Shown: in pieces, positions 8,600 through 18,127 of the stretch
How the letters are laid out: the number at the start of each line of letters is the position of its first letter
How positions within the stretch are numbered: the stretch's first letter is position 1
Virus record (IMG/VR): IMGVR_UViG_3300028388_003025
Location: 15,121 to 79,120 of that record
From: a virus
Length of the DNA: 64,000 nt
Reading direction: 5' to 3' (one strand)
Position numbers and translations under genes: made by a program
The notes under the pieces: model-generated
What the model was told of the DNA's origin: nothing
The model's input: the letters and a program-made list of their open reading frames with translations, nothing else
Databases searched by the model: none

Positions 8600-11341
8600 A
8601 TGGATATTAAAAACATAACCGAGCTTGTTGCACAGCGCAATGACATTTCTCTTGATCAAAAGTTTAGACAGAAGGCAGACGAAGGTGACCTTTCACTAAT
8701 AAAACAATTCGCACTAGATCAGGAGATCACAACGGAAGATGTACATGTTCGTGCAATGTACTTATGTAACGACTTAGTCGATTACTACTTTACTAGATTT
8801 GACGAAGCAGACTTGGATGCGATAGCAGAAATGCTACCTGGCCAGTCAGTTATTGTTGGACACAAGAGAGAGATGGCACCTATTGCTAGATTTTATAAAG
8901 CAGAGAAGGTAGTTCGTACTGATAAGAAATTCATTAACGAAGAGACTGGCGAAGATGTTCGTTGGATCAAAGCTTACTTCTATTGGCCAACTGGTGTAGA
9001 AGGTTCTGAAGATATGAGAAAGAAAATTGATACAGGTGTATGGAAAGAGATTTCTATATCATGGTCATATAAAAGATGCGTATGTTCTATCTGTGGCAAA
9101 GACATGTTACAAGGAATGGCTGCACTATTTGCTGACGAAGATGAAGATGTTTGTAAGCACAGACTTGGAAAACAATACGAAGGCAAACTTTGCTACGGTA
9201 CTGTAAAAGATATTACAAAAGTATTGGAAGGATCTGTTGTATTTAAAGGCGGACAAAAATTTACTGAATTAGCTTTCGTAAGATCTGCTGATGGACAAGA
9301 AGTTAATATAGAAGATGCTGATCCTGAAGTAAGAGATCTAGCTAATGGTACAATGGAATTCTATAAACAAAGAATACTAGGCGCAAATCCTGATGGCGAA
9401 CCAGCAAAGAATGAATTCAGACATATGGCAAGAGCTTTAGAAGAAGCTAAAGTATCTAGCCCAGTATGGTACAACAAAGAAATGAAAAGATTCTTCTGCG
9501 CAGAGTCAGACAGAGATATTGTTTCTTCTATAGTAGAAGGCGCAAGATTTGTTGAAGGTGTTTCTGAAACACAGGACTTCATGCGTGGCGAGTCCGAGGG
9601 AATCGTATCCTGCTTGGCTGCTCCTGTGGATAAGCAGCCTGGCATCTATTTCAAACCAACTAAGCCTCATCGTAGATATGACGAGTCAAATGAATACTAC
9701 AAGGCCGACAGATTAAGAGAGCTAGTTGGCTCTTATATGTTGTCGCCAAAGTATGATGGTATTCGTCTTACTGTTCATAAATCTGAGAACGGCGAGATCA
9801 GAATGTTTACTATGGGTGGCATGGAAGTTGCTCGCAAATTCCCAGCCATAGTAGAGCAAGTTAGAGGTTTTGATCCAAAGACTTTAATCCTTGACGGTGA
9901 ATTAGTTAGAATTAATAAAAACAAAAGAACAACTCATGCAGATGTTTCTTCATATATAAACAATCCTAACTCAGACATTGATCACAGAACATTTACATTC
10001 AAAGCTTTTGATATGGTATATCTAAATGGTGAAGATGTTTCTGAGAAACCATTATCTGAAAGAGTTCATTTATTAAACTCTAATATTCAGACTACTGCAA
10101 ATGTTAATAGAGTAGCTAACATGACTGCTCAAAGCGGTGAAGAAGTTGTTAGCATGATTGACCAAGTATCTTCTAGAGAAGGTGCTGTGATAAAAAAATC
10201 CGACGCGGCTTACGCAGAGGCTCGAACTTGGTATAAATGGAAGCGTCAAGCAGAATTTACTGCAAGAGTTTCTAAAGTTAACAAGGTAGATTCTAGCAGA
10301 TTTACATATAATATTTCTGTACTAGACGAGAAGGATAATTTGGTTGAAGTTGGCAGGACTTATCAGACTGGTGTTGAGGCAGAAGAAGGCGACAATATCA
10401 GAATGTCAGTTGCTTACATTAAAAAGAATGAAGATGGCTCATTAATGATTTCTGAGCCTAACGTAGTTTGCAAAATGTTTGAATCAATCGAGCCAGATTC
10501 TATGATTACTATAGAAAGAATCATGGAAGAGTATGACGAAGATCGTCAAGGCAAGATGAAGAAATGCCCTAAGTGTGGGATTTCTGTTGCTGCAGATGCT
10601 AAGGTTTGTCCTAAGTGTGGATATAAATTCACTGAAGACACTGGTAAGACTGATAAGAAAACAGATGAGCCTAAGGAAGAATCAGATGATTCTAAATCTA
10701 TAGTTGATGACCCTAACAAAACAACTTATAGAATAGAACACCATTGGGATTCTGCAGAGCAATTCAGAATTCTTGAAATTAATAAAGAAGGAAGATATTT
10801 CAACGTCGTTATCCAAGGGGGGATCAACGACGATTTAAGCAAACGTTCAATGAAGCGTGTTGATTTACATGTTGACCTATCTATTGATGATAACAGAAAA
10901 ATCAAAACGAAAGAAAGACAGGACCTACCTGATAGAGCGTTTGCACTAGTATATATGAAGGATGGACAGAAGGTTCGTAAGCTTCCGTTACATAATAGCA
11001 AAGTTTCTTCTGGACATACCTGGACAGGCGAAGATGTTGAGAGAGCGCAGGTATCTTCTGCAGCTCAGTTGATCTCAAAGATTAAAGATGCACCAGATGC
11101 CAAGATAAGAATGGCTAAGAAGCATATCGATAAACATCTTGAAGCCTTGAATGAAGAAGGTATAGAAACGAAGAAGCGAGAAATATGTAATGGAGAAGCC
11201 AAGGTCGAGGTCTTGACAACCGGCGAGATCCGTGTAGAATTAATTAACACTAAACGTTCAGGCATTACAGAGAGATTTCTCCTGCAGCCTGTACGAATCA
11301 ATGGCAAAATTGATTACTACTACAAGGCTATCCAAAGCTAA
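8600..11341 (+). CDS. Prohead protease fused to ATP-dependent DNA ligase, a Zn ribbon and a C-terminal head-associated domain
   Basis: N-terminal LCNDLVD...VIVGH...KKIDTGVWKEISIS...CSICG...EGSVV protease pattern; ligase motifs I PKYDGIR, III LILDGEL, IIIa FKAFD, IV EGAVIK, V WYKWK, then an OB-fold-sized region; CPKCG-x8-CPKCG; LPDRAFA...RKLPLH. Confidence 0.88.
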   Translation: MDIKNITELVAQRNDISLDQKFRQKADEGDLSLIKQFALDQEITTEDVHVRAMYLCNDLVDYYFTRFDEADLDAIAEMLPGQSVIVGHKREMAPIARFYKAEKVVRTDKKFINEETGEDVRWIKAYFYWPTGVEGSEDMRKKIDTGVWKEISISWSYKRCVCSICGKDMLQGMAALFADEDEDVCKHRLGKQYEGKLCYGTVKDITKVLEGSVVFKGGQKFTELAFVRSADGQEVNIEDADPEVRDLANGTMEFYKQRILGANPDGEPAKNEFRHMARALEEAKVSSPVWYNKEMKRFFCAESDRDIVSSIVEGARFVEGVSETQDFMRGESEGIVSCLAAPVDKQPGIYFKPTKPHRRYDESNEYYKADRLRELVGSYMLSPKYDGIRLTVHKSENGEIRMFTMGGMEVARKFPAIVEQVRGFDPKTLILDGELVRINKNKRTTHADVSSYINNPNSDIDHRTFTFKAFDMVYLNGEDVSEKPLSERVHLLNSNIQTTANVNRVANMTAQSGEEVVSMIDQVSSREGAVIKKSDAAYAEARTWYKWKRQAEFTARVSKVNKVDSSRFTYNISVLDEKDNLVEVGRTYQTGVEAEEGDNIRMSVAYIKKNEDGSLMISEPNVVCKMFESIEPDSMITIERIMEEYDEDRQGKMKKCPKCGISVAADAKVCPKCGYKFTEDTGKTDKKTDEPKEESDDSKSIVDDPNKTTYRIEHHWDSAEQFRILEINKEGRYFNVVIQGGINDDLSKRSMKRVDLHVDLSIDDNRKIKTKERQDLPDRAFALVYMKDGQKVRKLPLHNSKVSSGHTWTGEDVERAQVSSAAQLISKIKDAPDAKIRMAKKHIDKHLEALNEEGIETKKREICNGEAKVEVLTTGEIRVELINTKRSGITERFLLQPVRINGKIDYYYKAIQS

Positions 11342-11371
11342 TATTAATATCCGTAAGAGAGGAGAATGTAA

Positions 11372-11995
11372 ATGAAAGAAGAAATGGAAAAGAGAATTAA
11401 CGAAGCAGAAGCTTTATCTGAATCATTGCTTGAAACTTCTGATAAAGAGTTTAAGCGTGAAGATGGCGAATTAGATATCGACATCGCAACAGAAAGAGTT
11501 GCTGAAGGTTCTAGAGTTATTGGAGAACTTGTTGAAGCTGTTCGCACATTGGACGCTGAGGCAGAAGAGGTTCGAAAAGAGCTTGAAGAATTAAAGCCTA
11601 AATCAGAGGCTGCTCAAGAATTGGTTCGTTCTGCACAGAATGAAACAAGAAGATTGTTGGGTGTTGTTGCTACTACAAGAAACGATGAGGATTCTAAAGC
11701 TAAGCTTGAAGATTTCAATAAGCGTGTTGAAGAAGGTAGCATTGAAGTATCTGAGGTTCTTGAACTTCAGAAGGCTGCTCGTGTTGAATATTATGACATG
11801 TTCCCACCTGCAGTAGTTACTCGTGCATTCAATCCTGATGCGTGTCCAGAATGTGGCACCGAAAGAGCTGACGGCATTGAAGAATGTAAAGAGTGTGGAT
11901 TGAAATTCGAAACTGAAGAGTCTGAAGAATCTAAAGCTGACAAAAAAGAGTCTGCTGAAAGATCTTTAAACATCGATAGTTTCAAAGTTAAATAA
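11372..11995 (+). CDS. Capsid scaffolding protein (acidic coiled coil) with Zn ribbon
   Basis: Between protease and capsid genes; E/K-rich helical; CPECG-x8-CKECG; SD aggag. Confidence 0.7.
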   Translation: MKEEMEKRINEAEALSESLLETSDKEFKREDGELDIDIATERVAEGSRVIGELVEAVRTLDAEAEEVRKELEELKPKSEAAQELVRSAQNETRRLLGVVATTRNDEDSKAKLEDFNKRVEEGSIEVSEVLELQKAARVEYYDMFPPAVVTRAFNPDACPECGTERADGIEECKECGLKFETEESEESKADKKESAERSLNIDSFKVK

Positions 11996-12009
11996 AGGAG
12001 GAAAACAAA

Positions 12010-12453
12010 ATGGTTGGAATTAATGAATTTGATTTAGATAAAGCACAAGCAGATCACGTTGCTTACTTTTGCGCTAATACTGGTTTGACAGCTGCAGACG
12101 TTGGTAAACCTGCTAAGCTTGAGGCAGTGACTGCTGCTGGGGTTACAAAGGGGCTTTTCAATATTGCTGGAGATGGCGAAGCTATCTACGGTAAAATCAC
12201 TGTTATCAACGTTCTTAAGAACGATTGGAACTCTGGATCTAATGCTAGCGTTGCAAACGATGGTATTACTGTTCAGAACAAAGGGTTTGCTACATTTGAA
12301 TATGATGCTACTGGAGTTGCCTTAGCTATTGGTGAAAGTATTGTTGGAGACGCTGCTGGTAAAGTGCAAGGCGCTGGAGCAGTTGGACCACATATCGTTC
12401 ACGAGATTGATACAAACAACGAAACTTGTGTCGTTGAATTAAACGCTGGATAA
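12010..12453 (+). CDS. Head decoration / capsid cement protein
   Basis: 147-aa G/A/V-rich beta protein immediately upstream of the MCP; SD aaggagg. Confidence 0.7.
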   Translation: MVGINEFDLDKAQADHVAYFCANTGLTAADVGKPAKLEAVTAAGVTKGLFNIAGDGEAIYGKITVINVLKNDWNSGSNASVANDGITVQNKGFATFEYDATGVALAIGESIVGDAAGKVQGAGAVGPHIVHEIDTNNETCVVELNAG

Positions 12454-12467
12454 AGGAGGAGAAACTA

Positions 12468-13550
12468 ATGAATACTAAATATTTGGAAAAGATTAAAGAA
12501 TACATCGGAGCAGATGCATTCGATCTAGAACTAGGTAAAGACATTTACTCTAGAATAGGTTCTGTAGACGAGGAGTCTGGCCGCATGGTTGGATCTCTTT
12601 CTGATGCTCTAGAAATCATGGATCCTTCGGCTCCTGATTCTAAAGTAGACGCTTTTGAAAGACAGTTAATGAAGAGAGGTCTTATCGTAGATGGACCTAA
12701 CGCTGTAACTGTTGAGCGTTTTTACTCAACTGAGGACAGTGCATTATTGTTCCCAGAGTATATCGACAGACAAGTTCGTATCGGTATGCAAAACTATGGT
12801 CGTATTGATGATATCGTTGCGACAAGAACAAGAATCGATTCTGATTCTTACAAAGCTATTAGATTGGACCTAGCTTCTCAGGCTGACCAATTTAAGCTTA
12901 AGCGTGTTGGTGAGGCTTCACCTTTCCCAACTGCTACATTATCATTGAGCTCTAGCGACATTCATATTTATAAGTTTGGTCTTGAGCTTCAGTCTTCTTA
13001 CGAGTCTATGAGACGTCGTAAAGTTAACACTCTTGATATTCACCTACAACAAATTGGTGCATACATGGCAGACTCTAAATTTTCTGCAGCAGTTGATGTT
13101 GCGGTTAATGGTGACGGTAACAGTAATCCAATCGATACTGTTAACACTTCTACAACTGGTGTTCTTACTTATGAAGACTTAGTTGACTTCTGGTTTTCTA
13201 TCACTCCATACGAGATGAACAAATGGTTAGCTCGTAAGGATGTATGTACAACTATCTTAACTCTACCTGAGTTTAAAGATCCAATGGCTGGATTCACTTT
13301 CCAAAAGACTGGTGAATTGGTTACTCCATTCGGTGTACAACTTGTTCCTGATTTCACTGACACTGTTGATGCCAACAAAATCATTGGTTACGACCAAAGA
13401 AACTTCATCGAAGAAGTTTATGAGCAAGACATGTTAACTGAATCAGAAAAAATCATCTCTCGTCAATTAGAGAAGATGGTAATGTCTGAAGTAGCTGGCT
13501 ACGCTAAATTGTTTAACGAAGCCGGTAAGATGTTAGACATCGCTTGGTAG
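12468..13550 (+). CDS. Major capsid protein (HK97 fold)
   Basis: 360 aa; LFPEYIDRQVR, KRVGEASPFP, IYKFGLELQSSYE, ESEKIISRQ segments typical of HK97-fold MCPs; strong SD; position. Confidence 0.9.
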   Translation: MNTKYLEKIKEYIGADAFDLELGKDIYSRIGSVDEESGRMVGSLSDALEIMDPSAPDSKVDAFERQLMKRGLIVDGPNAVTVERFYSTEDSALLFPEYIDRQVRIGMQNYGRIDDIVATRTRIDSDSYKAIRLDLASQADQFKLKRVGEASPFPTATLSLSSSDIHIYKFGLELQSSYESMRRRKVNTLDIHLQQIGAYMADSKFSAAVDVAVNGDGNSNPIDTVNTSTTGVLTYEDLVDFWFSITPYEMNKWLARKDVCTTILTLPEFKDPMAGFTFQKTGELVTPFGVQLVPDFTDTVDANKIIGYDQRNFIEEVYEQDMLTESEKIISRQLEKMVMSEVAGYAKLFNEAGKMLDIAW

Positions 13551-13579
13551 TCAGATACCTAGTTGATTAGATAACTCGT

Positions 13580-13603
13580 AGGGGGCCTGACTATGGGCCC
13601 CCT
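13580..13603 (+). terminator. GC-rich hairpin after the MCP gene (weak terminator or mRNA-stabilising stem)
   Basis: AGGGGGCC-tgactatg-GGCCCCCT; only a short U tract follows. Confidence 0.5.
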
Positions 13604-13621
13604 CTTAGTAAAGGAGGATTT

Positions 13622-13957
13622 ATGTCTGATATTAAAATTGTAAAAGGAAGAATAACAAAGCCTAATTGTCAATTGTGGGACAGAGCAGCCACTGGTGGTA
13701 GAAAGATCTACAACTATAACAGCGGAATCGTTGATGTTGAAATAACAAGAAATGTTATTAGCTGGGTTGAACAAGGCTTGATGGAGTTGGTGAAAGATGA
13801 TACTCCTGTGGTTAAAGAAGATGATGCTAAAGTTGTTGAAGAGCCAGTTAAGGAAGTTGTTTCTGAGCCTGTTGTTGAAGAAGGCGAAGAAAAGACCGAA
13901 GAGCCAGCACCAAAAAAAGCAAGTAAAAAGAAAAGCAAAAAGAAAAGTAGCGAGTAA
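13622..13957 (+). CDS. Small head-associated protein with a low-complexity E/V/K tail
   Basis: SD aaggagg; directly after the MCP gene. Confidence 0.65.
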   Translation: MSDIKIVKGRITKPNCQLWDRAATGGRKIYNYNSGIVDVEITRNVISWVEQGLMELVKDDTPVVKEDDAKVVEEPVKEVVSEPVVEEGEEKTEEPAPKKASKKKSKKKSSE

Positions 13958-13959
13958 CA

Positions 13960-14502
13960 ATGGAACTAGTTGCGTCTGAGCTTGAGATAAGAGAGAAGTC
14001 TCTTTACAAGGATTGGGGCTCAATTGATCCAATGCTTGTCATTAATGTATCTATGGAGGCACAGGATGTTATTTCTGTATACCTAGATACGCCATGGTCA
14101 GACAATTCAATTTCTGAGTTACGCGATAACAAACAAATTAAACTAGCACACGTCTTATTGGCGTGTGCTTATTTGTATAGAGACAAAGCTGTTGAGGCTA
14201 CTGAAGATAAAGTAACAGAAGAGGTTGGCCCTCTTTCTGAAACTGCAACTGACAGAAACCTTGACTTCTTAAAGTTATATGAAAGATGGGAGGCTATGGC
14301 ATGGAAACATCTCATGGCATATATAAATACTGACGAGCCTCCAGTTTCAAATCCTGATCTATTATCAAAGATGTTGCCAACATATATAGAGAGACACCCA
14401 AGAGCATATGCGGGAACTGTAAGCGGAGTAGCTTCAGGATCATCAATTGTGGGTAGAGATGCTCAAAGAGTAGTATCCGACGGCGACGTCAATATGGTAT
14501 AA
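13960..14502 (+). CDS. Probable head-tail adaptor (gp15/gp6-like)
   Basis: Helical IKLAHVLLACAYLY followed by EEVGPLSET beta-hairpin, typical of adaptors; synteny. Confidence 0.6.
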   Translation: MELVASELEIREKSLYKDWGSIDPMLVINVSMEAQDVISVYLDTPWSDNSISELRDNKQIKLAHVLLACAYLYRDKAVEATEDKVTEEVGPLSETATDRNLDFLKLYERWEAMAWKHLMAYINTDEPPVSNPDLLSKMLPTYIERHPRAYAGTVSGVASGSSIVGRDAQRVVSDGDVNMV

Positions 14503-14509
14503 TCTATCC

Positions 14510-15238
14510 ATGTCTGGATGGGATACAGCACAAAAATATAAATTTGATGATTACATATTTGATCAGCGGATGCGTGTGTCTATTTTAAAGACTGATCCGA
14601 CAAGCAATGGCGCAACAACTATTGAGGTTCATCTTGGATTTAAAAGCAAAGACAAGAATGCTGTAATGGCCTCTTACGAAAAGGCTAGGCAAATGTTTTT
14701 CAAAACAGGATTAAAGTCTGGAAAGTTTTATTACAAATCAGATACTGAATATATTAATGTAAACATAATAGAGAAGGAAGAGATCCTTCATCCTAAGGGC
14801 AAATCGTATTATGTAAGATTAAAGATGGCTACAGAAGATGATCAAAACATTAAAGAGATAGAACATAAAGAAGAGATTATAACCATAACTTCATCCAATA
14901 ATACCCATATATTTAAAACAGTTTCAGATATAACAAACTGGCTACCATTCAAAATGGAGCTAGACATACAGAATAATATGAGCTACATAGAGATTTATCT
15001 TAACGGAAAAGGTCTAGGGTTTGAGTACAGCTTATTGGCTGGAGACATAGTAAAGATAGATACATCAATAGGAGAGTATTCTGTATACAGGGGTGGAAGC
15101 TTAATTGCAAAGAGAAGATATGATGGCGATAACTTAATGATAGTTCAAAACACAAATGAATTTAGCTTTGGCTCAAGCATTACCGATGCAGATACTGACC
15201 TATTCAATCTTAAGATAGATGTTGAGGAGAAAATATGA
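14510..15238 (+). CDS. Virion structural protein resembling distal-tail (Dit/Sipho_tail)-type proteins
   Basis: C-terminal LLAGDIVKIDTS...SVYRGG...IVQNTNEFSF pattern; preceded by TGgTATAAT (14495-14503) 6 nt before the ATG. Confidence 0.5.
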   Translation: MSGWDTAQKYKFDDYIFDQRMRVSILKTDPTSNGATTIEVHLGFKSKDKNAVMASYEKARQMFFKTGLKSGKFYYKSDTEYINVNIIEKEEILHPKGKSYYVRLKMATEDDQNIKEIEHKEEIITITSSNNTHIFKTVSDITNWLPFKMELDIQNNMSYIEIYLNGKGLGFEYSLLAGDIVKIDTSIGEYSVYRGGSLIAKRRYDGDNLMIVQNTNEFSFGSSITDADTDLFNLKIDVEEKI

Positions 15239-15909
15239 TACATGAAATTATTGACCGCTGGACTTCATACTTCCAATCAAGAAGAGAACTAAAATCTTAT
15301 ACAATAAATTATGACTCAGTAAATGTTGGTGCAGTATCATCAAATGGATACAATGTAATCTTTGTTCCTTTTGCAAAAACAAATAAGCAAATGCCAGAGA
15401 GTGAAGGTAGGTATCCATCTTACGATATAGTTGTTAGAGTTATTGCATCTGGATCGAGCGAAGAAGATGCAAGTAGGCGTGCAGAAAGACTTGCTACAAA
15501 GCTAGAGGCTTTGTTCATGGCCAATAGAAAACTCTTTGATAGATCAAAGATATTTAAAGGCAATGCATATTATTTAAACAACACTGATGTGATCGGCAAC
15601 GCATATCCAGAAGATGTTCGAGGCATTACGGAGGGAAGGTCTGGAACTCTTCAAAAAGAAGTTGACCTATTTGTGCGCTGTTATAGGGATGAATACTTGA
15701 ATTCAATACCAGGTGAGAGACCGGTCAAAGCTCCTGGCGATCCTGACGTGCCAGTAGACAAAGATGAATATCTTGGATGGTATATGCCAGAAGATCAATC
15801 CCTTTACTATAGCGGCCTTGACCCATCAAAGATAAAAGTCTCATTCAGCAAAGAGAATGAACTAGCAATGGTATTTGATTTAGATACAGGATTGATTGAA
15901 AGTAATTAG
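15235..15909 (+). CDS. Probable tail terminator / tail completion protein
   Basis: Immediately upstream of the sheath gene; YDIVVRVIA...AERLATKLEALF alpha/beta pattern; ATGA overlap. Confidence 0.55.
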   Translation: MIHEIIDRWTSYFQSRRELKSYTINYDSVNVGAVSSNGYNVIFVPFAKTNKQMPESEGRYPSYDIVVRVIASGSSEEDASRRAERLATKLEALFMANRKLFDRSKIFKGNAYYLNNTDVIGNAYPEDVRGITEGRSGTLQKEVDLFVRCYRDEYLNSIPGERPVKAPGDPDVPVDKDEYLGWYMPEDQSLYYSGLDPSKIKVSFSKENELAMVFDLDTGLIESN

Positions 15910-16009
15910 TTGCATTTTGATTTTCAATGATTTATAATATTATTAATTCAAAGAGGACAGGGATACCGCCCTTTGAGAAATCAAAGTAATTTGAGAGGGT
16001 GGTATACAG
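15910..16009 (+). promoter_or_regulatory. Tail-operon promoter (TTGCAT-17-TATAAT) and 5'UTR hairpin covering the SD
   Basis: TTGCAT 15910-15915, TATAAT 15933-15938; ATACCGCCCTTT 15963-15974 pairs 12/12 (two G-U) with AGAGGGTGGTAT 15994-16005. Confidence 0.7.
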
Positions 16010-18115
16010 ATGACAACTAGAATAATTCCTGGAGTATATTACGAAGAGATAGAAGATAACGTAGTATCGATTAACCAGTTGCCTTCAGGCGTTGTTGGTA
16101 TTGTTGGAACAGCAGACAAAGGTCCGCTTAATACTCCAACAAGAATAACTTCATGGGAGCAATTTATCCAAGTATTTGGAGGCTGGAGAGACGAGCTAAC
16201 TGGGCCTGCGTCTTATCTTTCTGTTCGTAGACAGGGTGTTGAAGAAATCTATTTTTCAAGAATAGCTGGCTCAACAAAAGCAAAAGCAGCACAAGACTTC
16301 AATCAGGCAGGATCGGTAAAAGCTACTTACACGCTTCCGACTCGTGCTGGTGGAGCAGGCGTTGAATCAACGTTGACACTACAAGATGATGGAGCTACTG
16401 ATCTTATAACTATAACAGCTATAGAGGCTGGCGTTAGTGAAGACAGTATTCAAATCACAATCACAGACGGAACATCAGTTGGCTATAGCAACGTATCAAT
16501 TGCTAAGACTGGATTCAATACAGAAACATATTCAAACGTAAGAGTTAAGACTGGCGACAGCAGAGACCTTACAGCACTTATTAATAATAACTCAAAATTA
16601 GTTACAGCCGTAGCGCTTGCCGATGATGAAACACTAGCTAACATAGCAGCTACACCACTTGCTGGTGGCGCCGATTCTGGTTTGGATTCAATTAGCATTA
16701 CTGCAAAACAAGCGGGCACAGAAGGAAACAGCATTACTGTTAAAGTTGATCATGGAGATACTGCTGGAAGAGTTAATGTATTGATCACTGATGGTACTAC
16801 TTCAGAGCTTTTTGAAGACGTTTATCTTGACGGTGTTGGAAATAGAAACTTAGTTGCAATAATAAATGCAACATCATCTCTTGTAACTGCAGAGCAAATT
16901 GCTACTACAGGCACAGGGCCAGATAACAATCCTCACACACAAGTGGCTACAGCTCTTGTTGGTGGAACAGCAGCAACTGTTGCATTCACTTTAACAGCTG
17001 CAGAATATGGTAAGTATGGCGATTCGCTGAAGGTTTCAATAACTGCAGCAATCTCTGGTGGATATAATATAATACTTGTTGATGCTACTACAAACGCTGT
17101 ATTGGAAACATATACCAATGTACCGTTCGCAGATGTTGTTACTACAATAAATGCATCTTCTGAATATGTTGTTGCAACTGCAGGAACATTAGCGGCACTT
17201 GAAGAAGTTGATAGCGTTTATCTTGCAGCTGGAGACAACGGCGCAACTACTGTTGATTCTGATTATATTGGAACTGTAGATGCTAACGGAAACCGAACGG
17301 GGCTATATGCACTATCAGGAGTTGATGTAATAACTATGCAGGTTGCAGCACAGCAATCTTCTACAGCAATTAACCAAGCCAATGTTTCAATATGTGAATC
17401 AGAGGGTGACAGAACTGCTATCATCTCTCTACCTAAAGATTCAACTCTTGCAGAGGTTAAGACTAAGGCAGCATTGACTGATTCTAAAATCACTCAACAA
17501 GCATGGCCATGGAAAGTTGCTACACATCCAGTTACTGGTGAAGATCTAGTTCTTGCACCTGCTGAATTTTTAGCTGGAACACTATGTGCAAATAAAGTTA
17601 ATTCATCTCCAAGCAACAAAGCAATACTTTGGGCTTATAGAGATTACAAAGAATTTGGTCCTAACTCTAATGAGATGGCTGAGCTAATACAAGCAAGAGT
17701 AGTTCCTTCCGCAAGAAAGAAATCTACACTTGATCCTACTGGAAGATTTGTATGGATGTCTGGACTTACAACAACGTCTTCTGTCCATAACAAAGACAAA
17801 CAGATTTCTGTTATCAGACCATTCTTAAACATTGTTGAAGGAATCGTAGAAGGTCTTGACCCATACGTTTCTGAAAACAATACACCATACTTGAGAGCAG
17901 CTGTTAGATATTCATCTAAGAGATATTTAGAGGGATATGTTAAGAGCGGAACTTTATCTAGCTATTCTCTTAAGTGTGACGCAAGCAACAATACAGAAGA
18001 AGATTCTCGTAACGGTTATCTGTATGTTGATATTGATTTATATTTTACTTATCCAGCAGACTTTATAACTCTTAGAGTTAAAAGAGACCCTGCCGGAAAT
18101 ATTGAAGCAGCATAA
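16010..18115 (+). CDS. Contractile tail sheath protein
   Basis: PGVYYEE...GIVGTADKGPLNTPTRITSWEQFIQVFG N-terminus; CDASNNT...GYLYVDI...PADFI C-terminus. Confidence 0.95.
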   Translation: MTTRIIPGVYYEEIEDNVVSINQLPSGVVGIVGTADKGPLNTPTRITSWEQFIQVFGGWRDELTGPASYLSVRRQGVEEIYFSRIAGSTKAKAAQDFNQAGSVKATYTLPTRAGGAGVESTLTLQDDGATDLITITAIEAGVSEDSIQITITDGTSVGYSNVSIAKTGFNTETYSNVRVKTGDSRDLTALINNNSKLVTAVALADDETLANIAATPLAGGADSGLDSISITAKQAGTEGNSITVKVDHGDTAGRVNVLITDGTTSELFEDVYLDGVGNRNLVAIINATSSLVTAEQIATTGTGPDNNPHTQVATALVGGTAATVAFTLTAAEYGKYGDSLKVSITAAISGGYNIILVDATTNAVLETYTNVPFADVVTTINASSEYVVATAGTLAALEEVDSVYLAAGDNGATTVDSDYIGTVDANGNRTGLYALSGVDVITMQVAAQQSSTAINQANVSICESEGDRTAIISLPKDSTLAEVKTKAALTDSKITQQAWPWKVATHPVTGEDLVLAPAEFLAGTLCANKVNSSPSNKAILWAYRDYKEFGPNSNEMAELIQARVVPSARKKSTLDPTGRFVWMSGLTTTSSVHNKDKQISVIRPFLNIVEGIVEGLDPYVSENNTPYLRAAVRYSSKRYLEGYVKSGTLSSYSLKCDASNNTEEDSRNGYLYVDIDLYFTYPADFITLRVKRDPAGNIEAA

Positions 18116-18127
18116 GGAGGTTAGAAA

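Noticed and set aside
8600-11341. Ligase region as an intein or intron-encoded insertion
   Set aside because: No intein splice motifs (C/S start, HN-C/S/T end) and no homing endonuclease motifs; it reads as a plain domain fusion.
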